Part shown: in pieces, positions 19,639-29,553 of the stretch | Layout: each line of letters starts with the position of its first letter | Position numbering within the stretch: position 1 is the first letter of the stretch | From: Nitrosopumilus sp. | GTDB lineage: Archaea > Thermoproteota > Nitrososphaeria > Nitrososphaerales > Nitrosopumilaceae | Direction: 5' to 3' | DNA: 64,000 bases | Assembly: GCA_965214775.1 (NCBI GenBank) | Contig: OZ243974.1 | Location: forward strand, 96,001-160,000 | Made by a program: the position numbers and the translations under genes | The notes under the pieces: model-generated | Database searches by the model: none | Seen by the model: the letters and a program-made list of their open reading frames with translations, nothing else | What the model was told of the DNA's origin: nothing

Positions 19639-19747
19639 ATGTTTTGACAATCTGCTCAACATACCACCACCACAATCATCCTGATCTAAACGCAGTCCCT
19701 GCTCTGTCATCGTCCCGTCCCAAAGTCCGGCCTAATACACTTAACAG

Positions 19748-21013
19748 TCATGAAAAGAATTTTGTGGCCAAAAAGAAGATTGCAAATCCGATCAAAAACG
19801 CAATTCCGGCATAGCTGAGAGCCTTCAATACAGTGGAGGGATGATGCTCTTTTGGAAGGTACCTTCCAGTCACCAATCTGAAATTAAAGATGGCAATTAT
19901 CGGGGCAATCACAAATGACAGAACGGTTGCAAAGTCAACTAGTTCCTTTAGGTTTCCGGCAAACTGGAAGACTACCACCAAAGAACCAACTGACAGAACT
20001 GTAAGAAAAACAGCATAGAACGTTCTGAATTTTGTGCGTATCTTTTCCTCCTTTTTAGAAAAGATCAATTCAACTGTTCTCTCCATGGAACGGGAGTATC
20101 CATCAAACAGCGCAATGATAGTTCCAAACATTACAGAAAATGCAGAAGCTGCAATCACAACATAGCTCCATTCGCCTATGGTCTGAGTGTACAGGGTAAC
20201 TACCTTGTGTGCAAAACTAGAATTGCTGTTTGGTAACTCTTCACCTGAGCCATAAAAGATGAAAGTGCCAAGTACTACAAACATCACAGCCAGAACGCCA
20301 GTAATCAGATAAGCAAGACGGAATTCAAACAGTGTCTCCTTTAGTTTTGGTTTGTAACTAGTTTGTTTTGAGCGCTCAAGCGTCCACAGACTGCTCCAGC
20401 TGGAGAGATCAAGCGGAGCAGGCATCCAACCCATCAAGGCCAACAGGAAAAAGACACCAGCCAAATTCCAAAGTTCTTTTGGGGCAAATCCAGGAACTTC
20501 CTCGATTGGGCCGTTGTACAGTGCAAGCAAGAACGCAGATACCGTAGATACAAGCAAAACAACTGCGATTATCTTGATGAGGCTGTCCAGAACGTTGTAT
20601 TTTCCGACAGATAAAATTCCAGCACAGATTGCAAACAGGATCACCACCGTAAATTCTTCTAGAAAGTCGATTCCAAACAGATTCTCAAAAAATCCCGCAG
20701 TCACAAACCCCACTGCGCCAGTTACAAAGAACATGGAGCAAACCGTAATTAGAAAATACAACCACAATGCAGGCTTTCCGAGTTTTTTGTAGCCGTCTAT
20801 GATGCTTGTTTGAGTGGAGTTTGCATATCGAGAGCCATATTCAAAGAAGGGATATTTGAGTACGGTTGCAAGTACGACAAAACCCAGAATCATCAAGCCA
20901 AAGTCAGCACCGGCGCGAGTCGATTGAATCAGATGTGATACGCCAATTGCAGTGCATGCAAAAAGTATTCCGGGTCCTGCGGTTTTTGAAAAATCAGAAA
21001 GTTTGGGATTCAT
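19748..21013 (-). CDS. NRAMP/MntH-like divalent metal transporter
   Basis: AGPGILFACTAIGVSHL..STRAGA, LMGWMPAP, about 11 TM segments; start probably MNPKL. Confidence 0.88.
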   Translation of the reverse strand: MNPKLSDFSKTAGPGILFACTAIGVSHLIQSTRAGADFGLMILGFVVLATVLKYPFFEYGSRYANSTQTSIIDGYKKLGKPALWLYFLITVCSMFFVTGAVGFVTAGFFENLFGIDFLEEFTVVILFAICAGILSVGKYNVLDSLIKIIAVVLLVSTVSAFLLALYNGPIEEVPGFAPKELWNLAGVFFLLALMGWMPAPLDLSSWSSLWTLERSKQTSYKPKLKETLFEFRLAYLITGVLAVMFVVLGTFIFYGSGEELPNSNSSFAHKVVTLYTQTIGEWSYVVIAASAFSVMFGTIIALFDGYSRSMERTVELIFSKKEEKIRTKFRTFYAVFLTVLSVGSLVVVFQFAGNLKELVDFATVLSFVIAPIIAIFNFRLVTGRYLPKEHHPSTVLKALSYAGIAFLIGFAIFFLATKFFS

Positions 21014-21392
21014 CATTCCATACAGCATTGACGCTCCAAGGGCCACCAATCCAAACGCCAACTGCTTTGGCATCCAGCTCCCGTGAAGAGATTGCTTCAA
21101 CTCCTTTTTTGATGTGTGTAATGTGTTCTCTGTCATATACTGGGTTTCTGGCACGGTCATAATGGCCCGATACGACGGCAATCAACGAAGATCCGTGTGC
21201 ATTAATTGAGAGTCCAGCTTTTGTCCTGATAGATTCCAAGTCGTCATTGTCTGCAATTTTTTTGTCAACGCCGGATTCTGTGATTGTGTCAACATGGTCA
21301 ACAGAGTGATTTTCTTTAGTCCATTTTGCCGAAGGGATTTGAATCCTGCTGTCCATGCAAGCAACAGACGTCGTAAATTCTCCTTCTGCCAT
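20994..21392 (-). CDS. Putative beta-class-like carbonic anhydrase, apparently degenerate
   Basis: CMDSRIQ, DTITESG and SGHYDRARNP versus the expected CMDGR, TEPG and GHYDCAGNP. Confidence 0.7.
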   Translation of the reverse strand: MAEGEFTTSVACMDSRIQIPSAKWTKENHSVDHVDTITESGVDKKIADNDDLESIRTKAGLSINAHGSSLIAVVSGHYDRARNPVYDREHITHIKKGVEAISSRELDAKAVGVWIGGPWSVNAVWNDESQTF

Positions 21393-21421
21393 GATATCAA
21401 GAAAAATGGCTGCCTTAATAA

Positions 21422-21976
21422 CTATTTTTGGAAACGAAAACATTCAGCAGTGTGATCATTGACCATTCCAGTTGCCTGCATCAGGGCATAACAGATTGTA
21501 GGACCGACAAAACTGAATCCGCGTTTTTTGAGATCCCTGCTTAGTTTTTCAGAGACCTCAGATGATGCTGGCAAGTCTGAAGGTTTTTTGAAGTTGTTTC
21601 TGATAGGCCTGCCATTGACAAAACCCCACAAATACCTGTCAAAGGAGCCAAACTCTCTCTGAACTTTGAGAAATTGCCTGGCATTATTTACCGCTGAATT
21701 GATTTTGAGTCTGTTTCTGATGATTGACTTGTCTTGGAGCAGTTTTTCTATGCGTCTTTCAGAGTATCTTGCCACCTTTTTGGCATCAAAATCAGAAAAT
21801 GCCTTCCTGTAACCCTCCCTTCTGTTCAGAATAGTCGTCCAGGACAGTCCTGCCTGGGCTCCTTCCAGAATCAGAAATTCAAACAGCTTTTGATCATCGT
21901 GTTGCGGACATCCCCATTCATTGTCATGGTAGGACAGGTTTGGCTCATAGTTTGCCCATTGGCATCTCTTTTTCAA
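21422..21976 (-). CDS. tag: DNA-3-methyladenine glycosylase I
   Basis: YHDNEWG, LEGAQAGLSW, IIRNRLKI and GMVNDH..C motifs. Confidence 0.95.
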   Translation of the reverse strand: MKKRCQWANYEPNLSYHDNEWGCPQHDDQKLFEFLILEGAQAGLSWTTILNRREGYRKAFSDFDAKKVARYSERRIEKLLQDKSIIRNRLKINSAVNNARQFLKVQREFGSFDRYLWGFVNGRPIRNNFKKPSDLPASSEVSEKLSRDLKKRGFSFVGPTICYALMQATGMVNDHTAECFRFQK

Positions 21977-22224
21977 CGTCGTTTCAGAGATGATACAGGA
22001 CGTTAGTTAAATGAAACGGGCTTGCATGAATCTAAATCGGCAACTTTTGCAGGCAGATCATATCTTTTTGATCTGCCTTGGAATCCCTGCATCGTTTTTG
22101 GCGCAACATCTAGTGTTCTGGGAGCCGTTTCGATTTTATGCACAGGTTCTATTTTGATCGGCATTCATCAGTAATGAAATTCACGTCTGAACTTCCAGAG
22201 CCTGATCTGCCACCTTTTGGCAGT

Positions 22225-22302
22225 AGACCTTGTGCATATTTGCCAAAAATAATGTAAAGGCTGGCTGATTTTCTTGATCCACACCGATTACGCATAAAGT
22301 CT
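22225..22302. mobile_element. MITE family E variant (related copies at 36866-36943 and about 62675-62735)
   Basis: AGACCTTGTGC ... GATTACGCATAAAGTCT; TSD AGT. Confidence 0.75.
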
Positions 22303-22745
22303 AGTAATTACACAACTGTCACAGGAATGCTTGCAGGTATCGAGGCCTTCTCTCACAGGCAGGCCTGCCGTGTTTTGATTCGGAGACTCTTGTGTGTTGT
22401 TATGAATAATCAAGAAAACTTTCCAGACACGGCGTTGCCGCAACTTTTGGATGCGTTATAGTGGGTTTCGGGATTTTTTTTCTGTGTTGTCTTGCTTTGA
22501 TGACAGAAAACACTGCAGAATATGAAATCAAGCTTGATCAAGAAAGAAATCATTGCGACAACGGTATGCCATCATCTAAAATCGGAGAAACGATTTGTCT
22601 TGCTTGCAATCAGGTGGCCGGCGCTGCATTGTCTTCCAAAAATTGGAGTTGAGTCATTCCCTTCCATCGTTGATTTCTAAAGTATTCCTACTGCGTTTTA
22701 ATGGCGCCAGTTACAATATTCCCGAGAGAGGCAAAAACTTTTGAA

Positions 22746-23165
22746 CTATCTTGCAAGTTGGTTTACTAGATCAGTCGAAGTGATAATTCCGACAATCTTG
22801 CCGCTGTCAGATACTGCCAGTTTTCTGATTTTTTTGCTGCTCATCATCTCTGCAGCATAAGAAATCGGAGCGTCGTTTGGAATTGTGATTAACGGGGAGG
22901 ACATTATTTTTTCAACCGGGGTATCAAAGGAAAGACTTTGTGCTGCAATTTTTGTCGCAAAATCTCTATCAGTGATGATTCCGACTGGAATATGATTGTC
23001 TTTGACAATGATTGCGCCTATGCCTCCCTGTTCCATCATCTTTGCAATCTGAAGTGCAGTCGTTGCAGGGTTTACTGAGATTAATGCTTTGGTCATAATG
23101 TCCTCTACTTTGATGGCAGAACAGTCAAAGTCTTCTTGGCTCACTACCAGTATACGAAATTGCAA
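22746..23165 (-). CDS. CBS domain pair protein
   Basis: VEDIMT, VGIITDRD, IMSSPLITI and VGIITSTD motifs; true start may lie downstream. Confidence 0.9.
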   Translation of the reverse strand: MQFRILVVSQEDFDCSAIKVEDIMTKALISVNPATTALQIAKMMEQGGIGAIIVKDNHIPVGIITDRDFATKIAAQSLSFDTPVEKIMSSPLITIPNDAPISYAAEMMSSKKIRKLAVSDSGKIVGIITSTDLVNQLAR

Positions 23166-23300
23166 TATTTAAGAAATTCATGTTGCAAGCCAGAGAGATG
23201 ATTTGTAATTATATAGTGACGAGCAAAAATTCTTCAACATATGTGGGCATAAACTATGCAGGGAGGTGCTTTCCGTTGTTGAAGAACTTGTGCTTTTCAC

Positions 23301-23383
23301 TATAGCAACGGGCAAAAGTCTTTGAGTCAAAGTAGGTCATAACTACACGTAAAAAACCTCAATTATTTCTGCTCGTTGCTATA
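23301..23383. mobile_element. MITE family A, copy 4
   Basis: Family A sequence. Confidence 0.9.
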
Positions 23384-23432
23384 GTCAGCTCTTGTTGCGA
23401 TTCGTAAAAATAAAAAGAGAGGGAAAGGGTTC

Positions 23433-24830
23433 TTATTCCACAGTGACGCTGCCGATCATCCACGGATGCAACAGGCAAAAGTAGTCATATTCTCCTGGCT
23501 CTTCGAACGTGTGTTCGAATGTTGCGCCACCAGGCATAAAGTCGCTGTCGAATCCATGTCCGCCTGGATAGTCAGTGCCGATTGAGTCCGAATCAGGCCA
23601 GCCTGCCGTTACAGTGTGAGGAATTGAGCCGTCAGAGTTAATCCAAGTTACAGTGTCCCCTACATGAACAGTAAGGTGTGTCGGAGTATAGCACATGTCA
23701 TTCTCTTCACATCCTGGAATGCCAGAGCCTACTGGCATGTCAACAGTATTTGGAGGCAATTCTTTGGCAGGCATTTTGCCATCTACGGCGTGCATTGCAG
23801 CTATTTCAGCCTCTACTTCTTCAATTATTTCATGAACCTCGTGCAGTACATGCTCTACAGAATCATTTCCAGAATTGTAGATGCTGATCTGTGTGCCAAC
23901 ATCATCAATAAGATCTGATGTGATGTAGAGGGAAGTAAAGCCTTCATGTACTTCAATGACGCCTGCCATGGCATCTTCAGATGGCATTTTATCTAATTCA
24001 AACTTGTGCAGGTGCTCATCTATTGCTCCAATAAACTCTGGATCAACGTTCTGCGGCTCGGCTGACAGGTGAACTGCCTCGACTGCATCTCCTCCTGATA
24101 GTCTGCCAGAGTCGATGTGGCCGATGATTACGTCGACTGCCTCAATCAGATCGGACGTAATGTACAGCCCGACAAAGCCTTCATGCACCTCCCTGATACC
24201 GTCAATGGCCTCATCAGCGGAGATCTTGTCCAGTTCGAACTTGTGTATTACCTCGTCTAATGCGCCCTGGTACTCGGGGTTTACGTTCTGTGGCTCGGCT
24301 GACAGGTGAACTGCCTCGATTGTATCCTCTACGCTGAGAGTTCCTCTGTTGTGGAGATTTAATTTATCACCTACGTCATCGATGATGTCATTTGAGATTC
24401 TTGCATCAACATATGCAGCATGCACCTCTTTGATTCCATTTAGAGCTTCTTCAGCAGAGATCTTGTCCAGTTCGAACTTGTGGATAAAAACATCCAGTTG
24501 TGCCGGATACTCAGAGTCTGCAGTACGTGCAGTTGGCATGATTTTTCCTGTTTTATAATCAGAGTGATCATCGGAGTGCATCGGAGTAGAACCAACCAAG
24601 ACGCTCGGGGCTTTCAAATATGCTTTAAACCAGTTTGCCTGATATGCTTCTTTTCCGCCCGGATATTCAGAACACATAGCAAGTCCACAGATTTGAGAGG
24701 CAGGGTCAGTACCAGATAACGGTACGCCTTTGCCTTTAACGGCTTCAGCTTCTGGAATTATATTTCCAGACAGTCCTACAATCCCAACCATCAAGACTGC
24801 CGTCATGAATACGGTTAGATTTCGAGTCAT
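23433..24830 (-). CDS. Secreted blue (type 1) copper protein with three His/Glu-rich repeats
   Basis: Signal peptide; C-terminal plastocyanin domain PHTVT...YFCLLHPWM; repeats with 237-bp period. Confidence 0.88.
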   Translation of the reverse strand: MTRNLTVFMTAVLMVGIVGLSGNIIPEAEAVKGKGVPLSGTDPASQICGLAMCSEYPGGKEAYQANWFKAYLKAPSVLVGSTPMHSDDHSDYKTGKIMPTARTADSEYPAQLDVFIHKFELDKISAEEALNGIKEVHAAYVDARISNDIIDDVGDKLNLHNRGTLSVEDTIEAVHLSAEPQNVNPEYQGALDEVIHKFELDKISADEAIDGIREVHEGFVGLYITSDLIEAVDVIIGHIDSGRLSGGDAVEAVHLSAEPQNVDPEFIGAIDEHLHKFELDKMPSEDAMAGVIEVHEGFTSLYITSDLIDDVGTQISIYNSGNDSVEHVLHEVHEIIEEVEAEIAAMHAVDGKMPAKELPPNTVDMPVGSGIPGCEENDMCYTPTHLTVHVGDTVTWINSDGSIPHTVTAGWPDSDSIGTDYPGGHGFDSDFMPGGATFEHTFEEPGEYDYFCLLHPWMIGSVTVE

Positions 24831-24906
24831 CAGTAAAAGCAGTCAGACTAGCATACTTAATCCTGTGTCTTTTTCTCATGTTATAAAACAAGAATTGAAA
24901 ATGTCC

Positions 24907-25107
24907 CTACTTCCATTTGTTCAAATTTTTCTCAAAAATTGTCGAAACAGTTACTGGGCGCATCTGTAATCTCTCTTTGTTTTGTTCAATGCAGTTTGAA
25001 CACAGATAATGGGATTTGTCACAATAGTGACAGTAGATTTTCTCAGTAATTGGGTTGATTTTACACAATTCGCACATGGTTTGTCCGTTAAGATTTTTTG
25101 AAATCAT
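24907..25107 (-). CDS. Small Cys-rich zinc-binding protein
   Basis: CELC, CHYC, H..CSNC. Confidence 0.6.
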   Translation of the reverse strand: MISKNLNGQTMCELCKINPITEKIYCHYCDKSHYLCSNCIEQNKERLQMRPVTVSTIFEKNLNKWK

Positions 25108-25113
25108 ACTTCT

Positions 25114-25341
25114 TCATCCGTTGACTGATTTTTCCACAATGTGGGCTCTCTTCCGCTTGCTCCCTCTAGGCGAGGTTCTCAGTCTGTATTTGCAGCATGG
25201 ACAACGAGATCCATCCCAGTTGATAAAAACTTCACAGAATTGACACCGTTTCTGACCACCGATGTACCGCTTTCCGTTGGAGGGACGTTTAGATTTGTAT
25301 TTTAAGCAAACAAGTTTGCAGGACATAAACAAAGTATGCAA
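25114..25341 (-). CDS. Small Cys-rich basic protein of a thaumarchaeal family
   Basis: GQKRCQFCEVFINWDG.RCPCC.YRLRT.PR. Confidence 0.75.
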   Translation of the reverse strand: MHTLFMSCKLVCLKYKSKRPSNGKRYIGGQKRCQFCEVFINWDGSRCPCCKYRLRTSPRGSKRKRAHIVEKSVNG

Positions 25342-25640
25342 AAGCAGATAATAATAATTTCAATGATTTTAAGACTCTAGTTTACCAAAGCAGAATGAGA
25401 TCGTCGTTTTTCATTAAACATAACCATAGAATAAAGGCTTGCAATCTCATAAATCTATAATAATTTTCAGAATATACCCACAGTGTCATGCAGTGCACCG
25501 ACATTAGCCCTAGAAATGTACTGCAAGACTGGAGAAATTGAAAACCAAATAAAAATAGGCGTTCATCCTAGTTAACGAGGGAGTAGTTCTATTGGCATGA
25601 GTCAACTTGGTTTTCAATTCTCTTATTTTCTAAAATTTTG

Positions 25641-25787
25641 TCAAGCAGCTGAAGGATGTACATGGGTTTGAATCTCTTCAATTGCATTGCAGCATTTGCA
25701 GATAGTAGAAACGACCATTTTGCATTGGCTGCACTTTGAGTATTCTTTAATTTCGCATCCACATATCCTGCATAGTTCGCTTTTCAA
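25641..25787 (-). CDS. Small zinc-ribbon protein (48 aa, TTG start; not in ORF track)
   Basis: CRICG..CSQC..CKCC...QTH. Confidence 0.6.
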   Translation of the reverse strand: MKSELCRICGCEIKEYSKCSQCKMVVSTICKCCNAIEEIQTHVHPSAA

Positions 25788-25819
25788 TTCGATCTCAAAA
25801 ATGATAGGGGATTAGCCAG

Positions 25820-26128
25820 TCATTTGGATAAGACTGACAGAATCGGCATTGCGTCCCATTGGTACAGTTCATAGGTCAAGATTCCAGAGCAAATATCCTC
25901 ATATTTTTTGTAAAACGCCCTAGCTTCTTCCTCTGTGGCCTCAAAAACGGCCATAGAAGACAATGCATTGTCAAAAGGTCCAGAAAGCATGATTTTTCCA
26001 TCTGCATGCCACTCATCCACCAGCGCAGAAACTCGTGGAGATATCCTTTGCAAGTCCCGAGGATCGGTATCCTGCTTTATGCTGCTTACAATCACCCAGG
26101 GTTTAACATCAGACTGACTCATGTCCAC
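25820..26128 (-). CDS. YciI-like/dimeric alpha-beta barrel protein
   Basis: GKIMLSGPF...MAVFEA.EEEA pattern. Confidence 0.6.
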   Translation of the reverse strand: MDMSQSDVKPWVIVSSIKQDTDPRDLQRISPRVSALVDEWHADGKIMLSGPFDNALSSMAVFEATEEEARAFYKKYEDICSGILTYELYQWDAMPILSVLSK

Positions 26129-26449
26129 CAGTAATCAATTAAAAAATTAATTAAAGATAACGTTCGGTTTACTCTCTTATTTCATCGCCATAAAACATGA
26201 CATGATTTCAGATCACAAAAGTACACAGGCATAGAACAACAAAAAGTAACCACAGTCACCTATAATTAATTTAAGAATCAAAAGTGAATTGGCCGTGCTG
26301 TGATCTGACATCTTTACAAGCCAGCTTGGTCAAAGGTCATTGGAAAAATTGGAAGTTGCAATAGTTCTCCGTTCATTGCCGACCAGGCAGTATTGCTATT
26401 GGCGTTTTGTCACCATCCAATTTTCCAATGATCAAACAAAATTATTCTA

Positions 26450-26800
26450 GGAATTTGCTTTTTCTTTTAGTTCTTAATAGGGTGTCACAACTAGAACACG
26501 TTGTTCCATACTCAACATCTTTGCAAATCTCTTTGATGAGGGCTGCAATGATGTTTTAGACAAGTCTGGAGTCCTGTTTTGCGAGTCTAACAAAAAAATT
26601 CTGCAAGTGTGTCCATGTTATTATTTGAAGGAGATTCTCCCAGACGTTTCCGATAAAGGGGGTTTGAGACAAGATTTAGAAAACTGGATAGTCTATTAGA
26701 ATACTTTTGAAGAGTCTCTTTATTTCTTATCGAATCAGCATATGCGCTATGAATCATCCACAGATCTTACAGCATCCATCGTAATTTCCATCGCATCATC
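26450..26800 (-). pseudogene. Integrase N-terminal remnant downstream of tRNA-Arg
   Basis: DSIRNKETLQKYSNRLSSFLNLV...LGESP... with frameshift and stops; resembles thaumarchaeal integrases (from memory); boundaries approximate. Confidence 0.5.
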
Positions 26801-26842
26801 CCGTAATAGTGGGGGGCTATTTTAGGGCCATAACTGTGAATA

Positions 26843-26917
26843 CGGACCCGGCCGGATTCGAACCGGCGACCTAACGCTCCGCAAGCGTTCGCACTATCCA
26901 AGCTATGCAACGAGTCC
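26843..26917 (-). tRNA. tRNA-Arg(GCG)
   Basis: Acceptor GGACTCG/CGGGTCC, anticodon arm AACGC-TTGCGGA-GCGTT, T-loop TTCGAAT. Confidence 0.95.
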
Positions 26918-26939
26918 GAAAAGATTGGCAAGGTTAGGC

Positions 26940-27773
26940 TTAATTTGGATTGCTATTAGCAGAGTTTGCAAAAATGTATGGCGTCTCGTCAGATTCATGA
27001 AATGTCCAAACAGTCGGAAGGATAACGGCCTGGATCTTTTTCAGACTGTTATTCTCAATGAATGTTCCCCATCCAGCCTCACCTTTAGGATCTGGAGCAT
27101 ATTTTGGAGACAGTGTACCTGCAAAAGCCCAGCCAGACTTTTGCCTTAATTCTGAGTCAATCTTCTCCAAGACGCCAGATGCCAGGCCAGTTCCACCCAT
27201 TTGGGCAATACCGCCAACAAAGAATATGGGACGAATCAGGTTCAACGAAAGATAGTCAAAGGCTGTCGCATCAGAACAACAAGGATGAAAATCAAGAGGT
27301 GATGCCAGTAATTTTTGAAGATCAACTAACGTGTCATCAAGTTCAATACTGTATGACTCCATATCAAGCACTTTGCCACAAAATGCGATTCGTCCATCGC
27401 CTGAGCCAACATCAACAATTTCAGAATATCCAAGTTCTTCGGCAAGCAATGTGCCAACATATGCAGACATTATCCATGTCGGGGAAAATGGGGCATTGCT
27501 AGAGCAGCCGTGTTGAATGCTGTCTAGCCAGTATCTGTTAATGTCGCCTTCATAAACAATGCAATCCACATTGTTGACTCTCAATTCATATGAATCGTAA
27601 TAGATGGGATTCTTTGCTGCAAACTGATGCAGCAATTCCAGGTCCTGTTGTGGGACAAAAAATGTTTCAGACGTAGATTTTGGGATTACCTCTTGGACTT
27701 GGGTTTTGCCATGACAGATTTTTGCAAACTCCTTTTTTAGGTCTACGAGGTTTTTTGCAAGTTGTTCAATCAT
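26940..27773 (-). CDS. Putative class I SAM-dependent methyltransferase
   Basis: IVDVGSGDGR motif I followed by SIELD. Confidence 0.7.
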   Translation of the reverse strand: MIEQLAKNLVDLKKEFAKICHGKTQVQEVIPKSTSETFFVPQQDLELLHQFAAKNPIYYDSYELRVNNVDCIVYEGDINRYWLDSIQHGCSSNAPFSPTWIMSAYVGTLLAEELGYSEIVDVGSGDGRIAFCGKVLDMESYSIELDDTLVDLQKLLASPLDFHPCCSDATAFDYLSLNLIRPIFFVGGIAQMGGTGLASGVLEKIDSELRQKSGWAFAGTLSPKYAPDPKGEAGWGTFIENNSLKKIQAVILPTVWTFHESDETPYIFANSANSNPN

Positions 27774-28201
27774 GACAATCCTTTCTGATACTGCATGACA
27801 AATTCTTTGGTGCTCATCTTTTTACGAAGATCCTCAAACATGCAGGATTCTTTTTCAATTTCTTCCCTGGATTTTTCGCCAGGGTTTGATTGTAGAATTT
27901 TGGTTGTTTCCCGAATGGAGTCGGTTAATGATTCAAGGATTTTCGGGTGAATTTTAGCATCAAAGTTTGAAGATATGTAATTTTTTGCATCAGAGATCTT
28001 GGAGATCAGAGGCTTGCACTCATCGCCTCCTGATAGCTGCTGCCGGGAGAGCATCTCACACATTGAGGATACGTTGATGACCTGATAGTAGGTTTCTACG
28101 ATTTCAGGCACTTCCATATCAAACTCGTAGGCTCTTGATACAAAATTTCGGAGTTTTGCAAGCTCAGCATCAAGCATTGCGGAAATATCATCGGCACTCA
28201 C
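27770..28201 (-). CDS. Conserved hypothetical protein
   Basis: 143-aa ORF with a 4-bp overlap to the next gene. Confidence 0.75.
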   Translation of the reverse strand: MSADDISAMLDAELAKLRNFVSRAYEFDMEVPEIVETYYQVINVSSMCEMLSRQQLSGGDECKPLISKISDAKNYISSNFDAKIHPKILESLTDSIRETTKILQSNPGEKSREEIEKESCMFEDLRKKMSTKEFVMQYQKGLS

Positions 28202-28246
28202 AGTGAAGGAATGATCGTCGAATTCTTAAAAATGTTAGTGTCTATG

Positions 28247-28954
28247 CTAGGCTTCTTGCTCTGCTTTTTTGACAAACAGATAGTTCATAATCAGTCCTGC
28301 TATGATGCCCCCAACAATCGGGGCTGCCCAATACAGCCAGTGAAATTCCCAAGAGCCGGACATTAATGCCGGACCAAAGGTTCTTGCCGGATTCATCGAT
28401 GCGCCGGTAAGCGGAACGCCCACTACGTGTAACAGGAAAACCATTCCGCCGATTGTAAATCCATGCCATCCAGGAGATGCTTTCTTGTGAACTGCCGTCA
28501 TAAAGATTACGGTGACCAGGAAGAATGTGAAAATCACCTCAAGTGCAAATGCTGAACCAATGCTGCCGTTAATCAAATCGCTTGGGCCGCCCTGAGTACC
28601 AAAGTTCACTTTGGCGCCAAGTTCGGGTAAAATTGCCTTAAGAGTCGCAGCTGCTGCCACTGCTCCGACAATTTGTGAAGCAATATAGCCGATACCATCT
28701 GTGATTCCGATTTTTCTTGTGATCATCATGGGAATGGTAACTGCTGGATTGATATGCGCGCCAGAGATGTGTCCAAAAGCATAGACCATAAATGCGATTG
28801 CTGCACCGTGAGCAATTGAGATAAACAGCACTGACTGCGTGCTCAGCTCTTCGCCAAATGACGCAATTGCCAAGATTACTGAAAGCGGGCCGAAAAACAC
28901 CAATCCATATGTAGAAATTGCTTCGGCAAGGTACGCTCTTGGATTAACCATCAA
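28247..28954 (-). CDS. Aquaporin (MIP family)
   Basis: SGAHINPAVT and SMNPART (two NPA motifs), six TM segments. Confidence 0.96.
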   Translation of the reverse strand: MMVNPRAYLAEAISTYGLVFFGPLSVILAIASFGEELSTQSVLFISIAHGAAIAFMVYAFGHISGAHINPAVTIPMMITRKIGITDGIGYIASQIVGAVAAAATLKAILPELGAKVNFGTQGGPSDLINGSIGSAFALEVIFTFFLVTVIFMTAVHKKASPGWHGFTIGGMVFLLHVVGVPLTGASMNPARTFGPALMSGSWEFHWLYWAAPIVGGIIAGLIMNYLFVKKAEQEA

Positions 28955-29056
28955 GCAAACCCCCCGTCAGTTTCCATATAAAAGATTCGGACTAGGTTTT
29001 TGATCCAAGCTAGGAGGCCAAAAAGTAATTAATTACAGAATATCTGATCATAGAAC

Positions 29057-29521
29057 ATGCTAAAAGAGGGAGATTCAGTTCCGAAATTCCAAGCAATGGA
29101 CTCAAACGGCAACAAGGTAAAATCTACAGGCTTTAAGGGCAAAAAACACGTAATCTATTTTTACCCAAAGGACTTTACTCCAGGATGCACAACTGAGGCC
29201 GATGAATTTGCAAAAGAGTACAAAAAATTCCAAAAACAGGGAATCGAGATTATCGGGGTCAGTCCAGACGGTGTAGACTCGCACAGAAAATTCTGTGACA
29301 AGATGGGCATCAAATTTCCACTATTATCTGACGTTGACAAGGAGATCTCAAAATCATTCGGGGTTTGGGGACTGAAAAAATTCATGGGCAGGGAATACAT
29401 GGGAGTCATGAGAAGCACGTTTTTGGCAGATGAGAAAGGAAAAATTTTCAAGGCATATACGAAGGTAAAGCCTGCCGGACATGCCCAACAAGTGCTAGAT
29501 GATTTTAAGAATCTAAATTAA
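29057..29521 (+). CDS. bcp: Peroxiredoxin, BCP/PrxQ type
   Basis: YFYPKDFTPGCTTEA motif. Confidence 0.93.
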   Translation: MLKEGDSVPKFQAMDSNGNKVKSTGFKGKKHVIYFYPKDFTPGCTTEADEFAKEYKKFQKQGIEIIGVSPDGVDSHRKFCDKMGIKFPLLSDVDKEISKSFGVWGLKKFMGREYMGVMRSTFLADEKGKIFKAYTKVKPAGHAQQVLDDFKNLN

Positions 29522-29553
29522 AAATAAATTAAAAGAGAAGATTTTAAAAAAGA

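Noticed and set aside
21014-21181. Long N-terminal extension of the NRAMP ORF
   Set aside because: It overlaps the carbonic-anhydrase-like gene in another frame; the family motif begins just after MNPKL.
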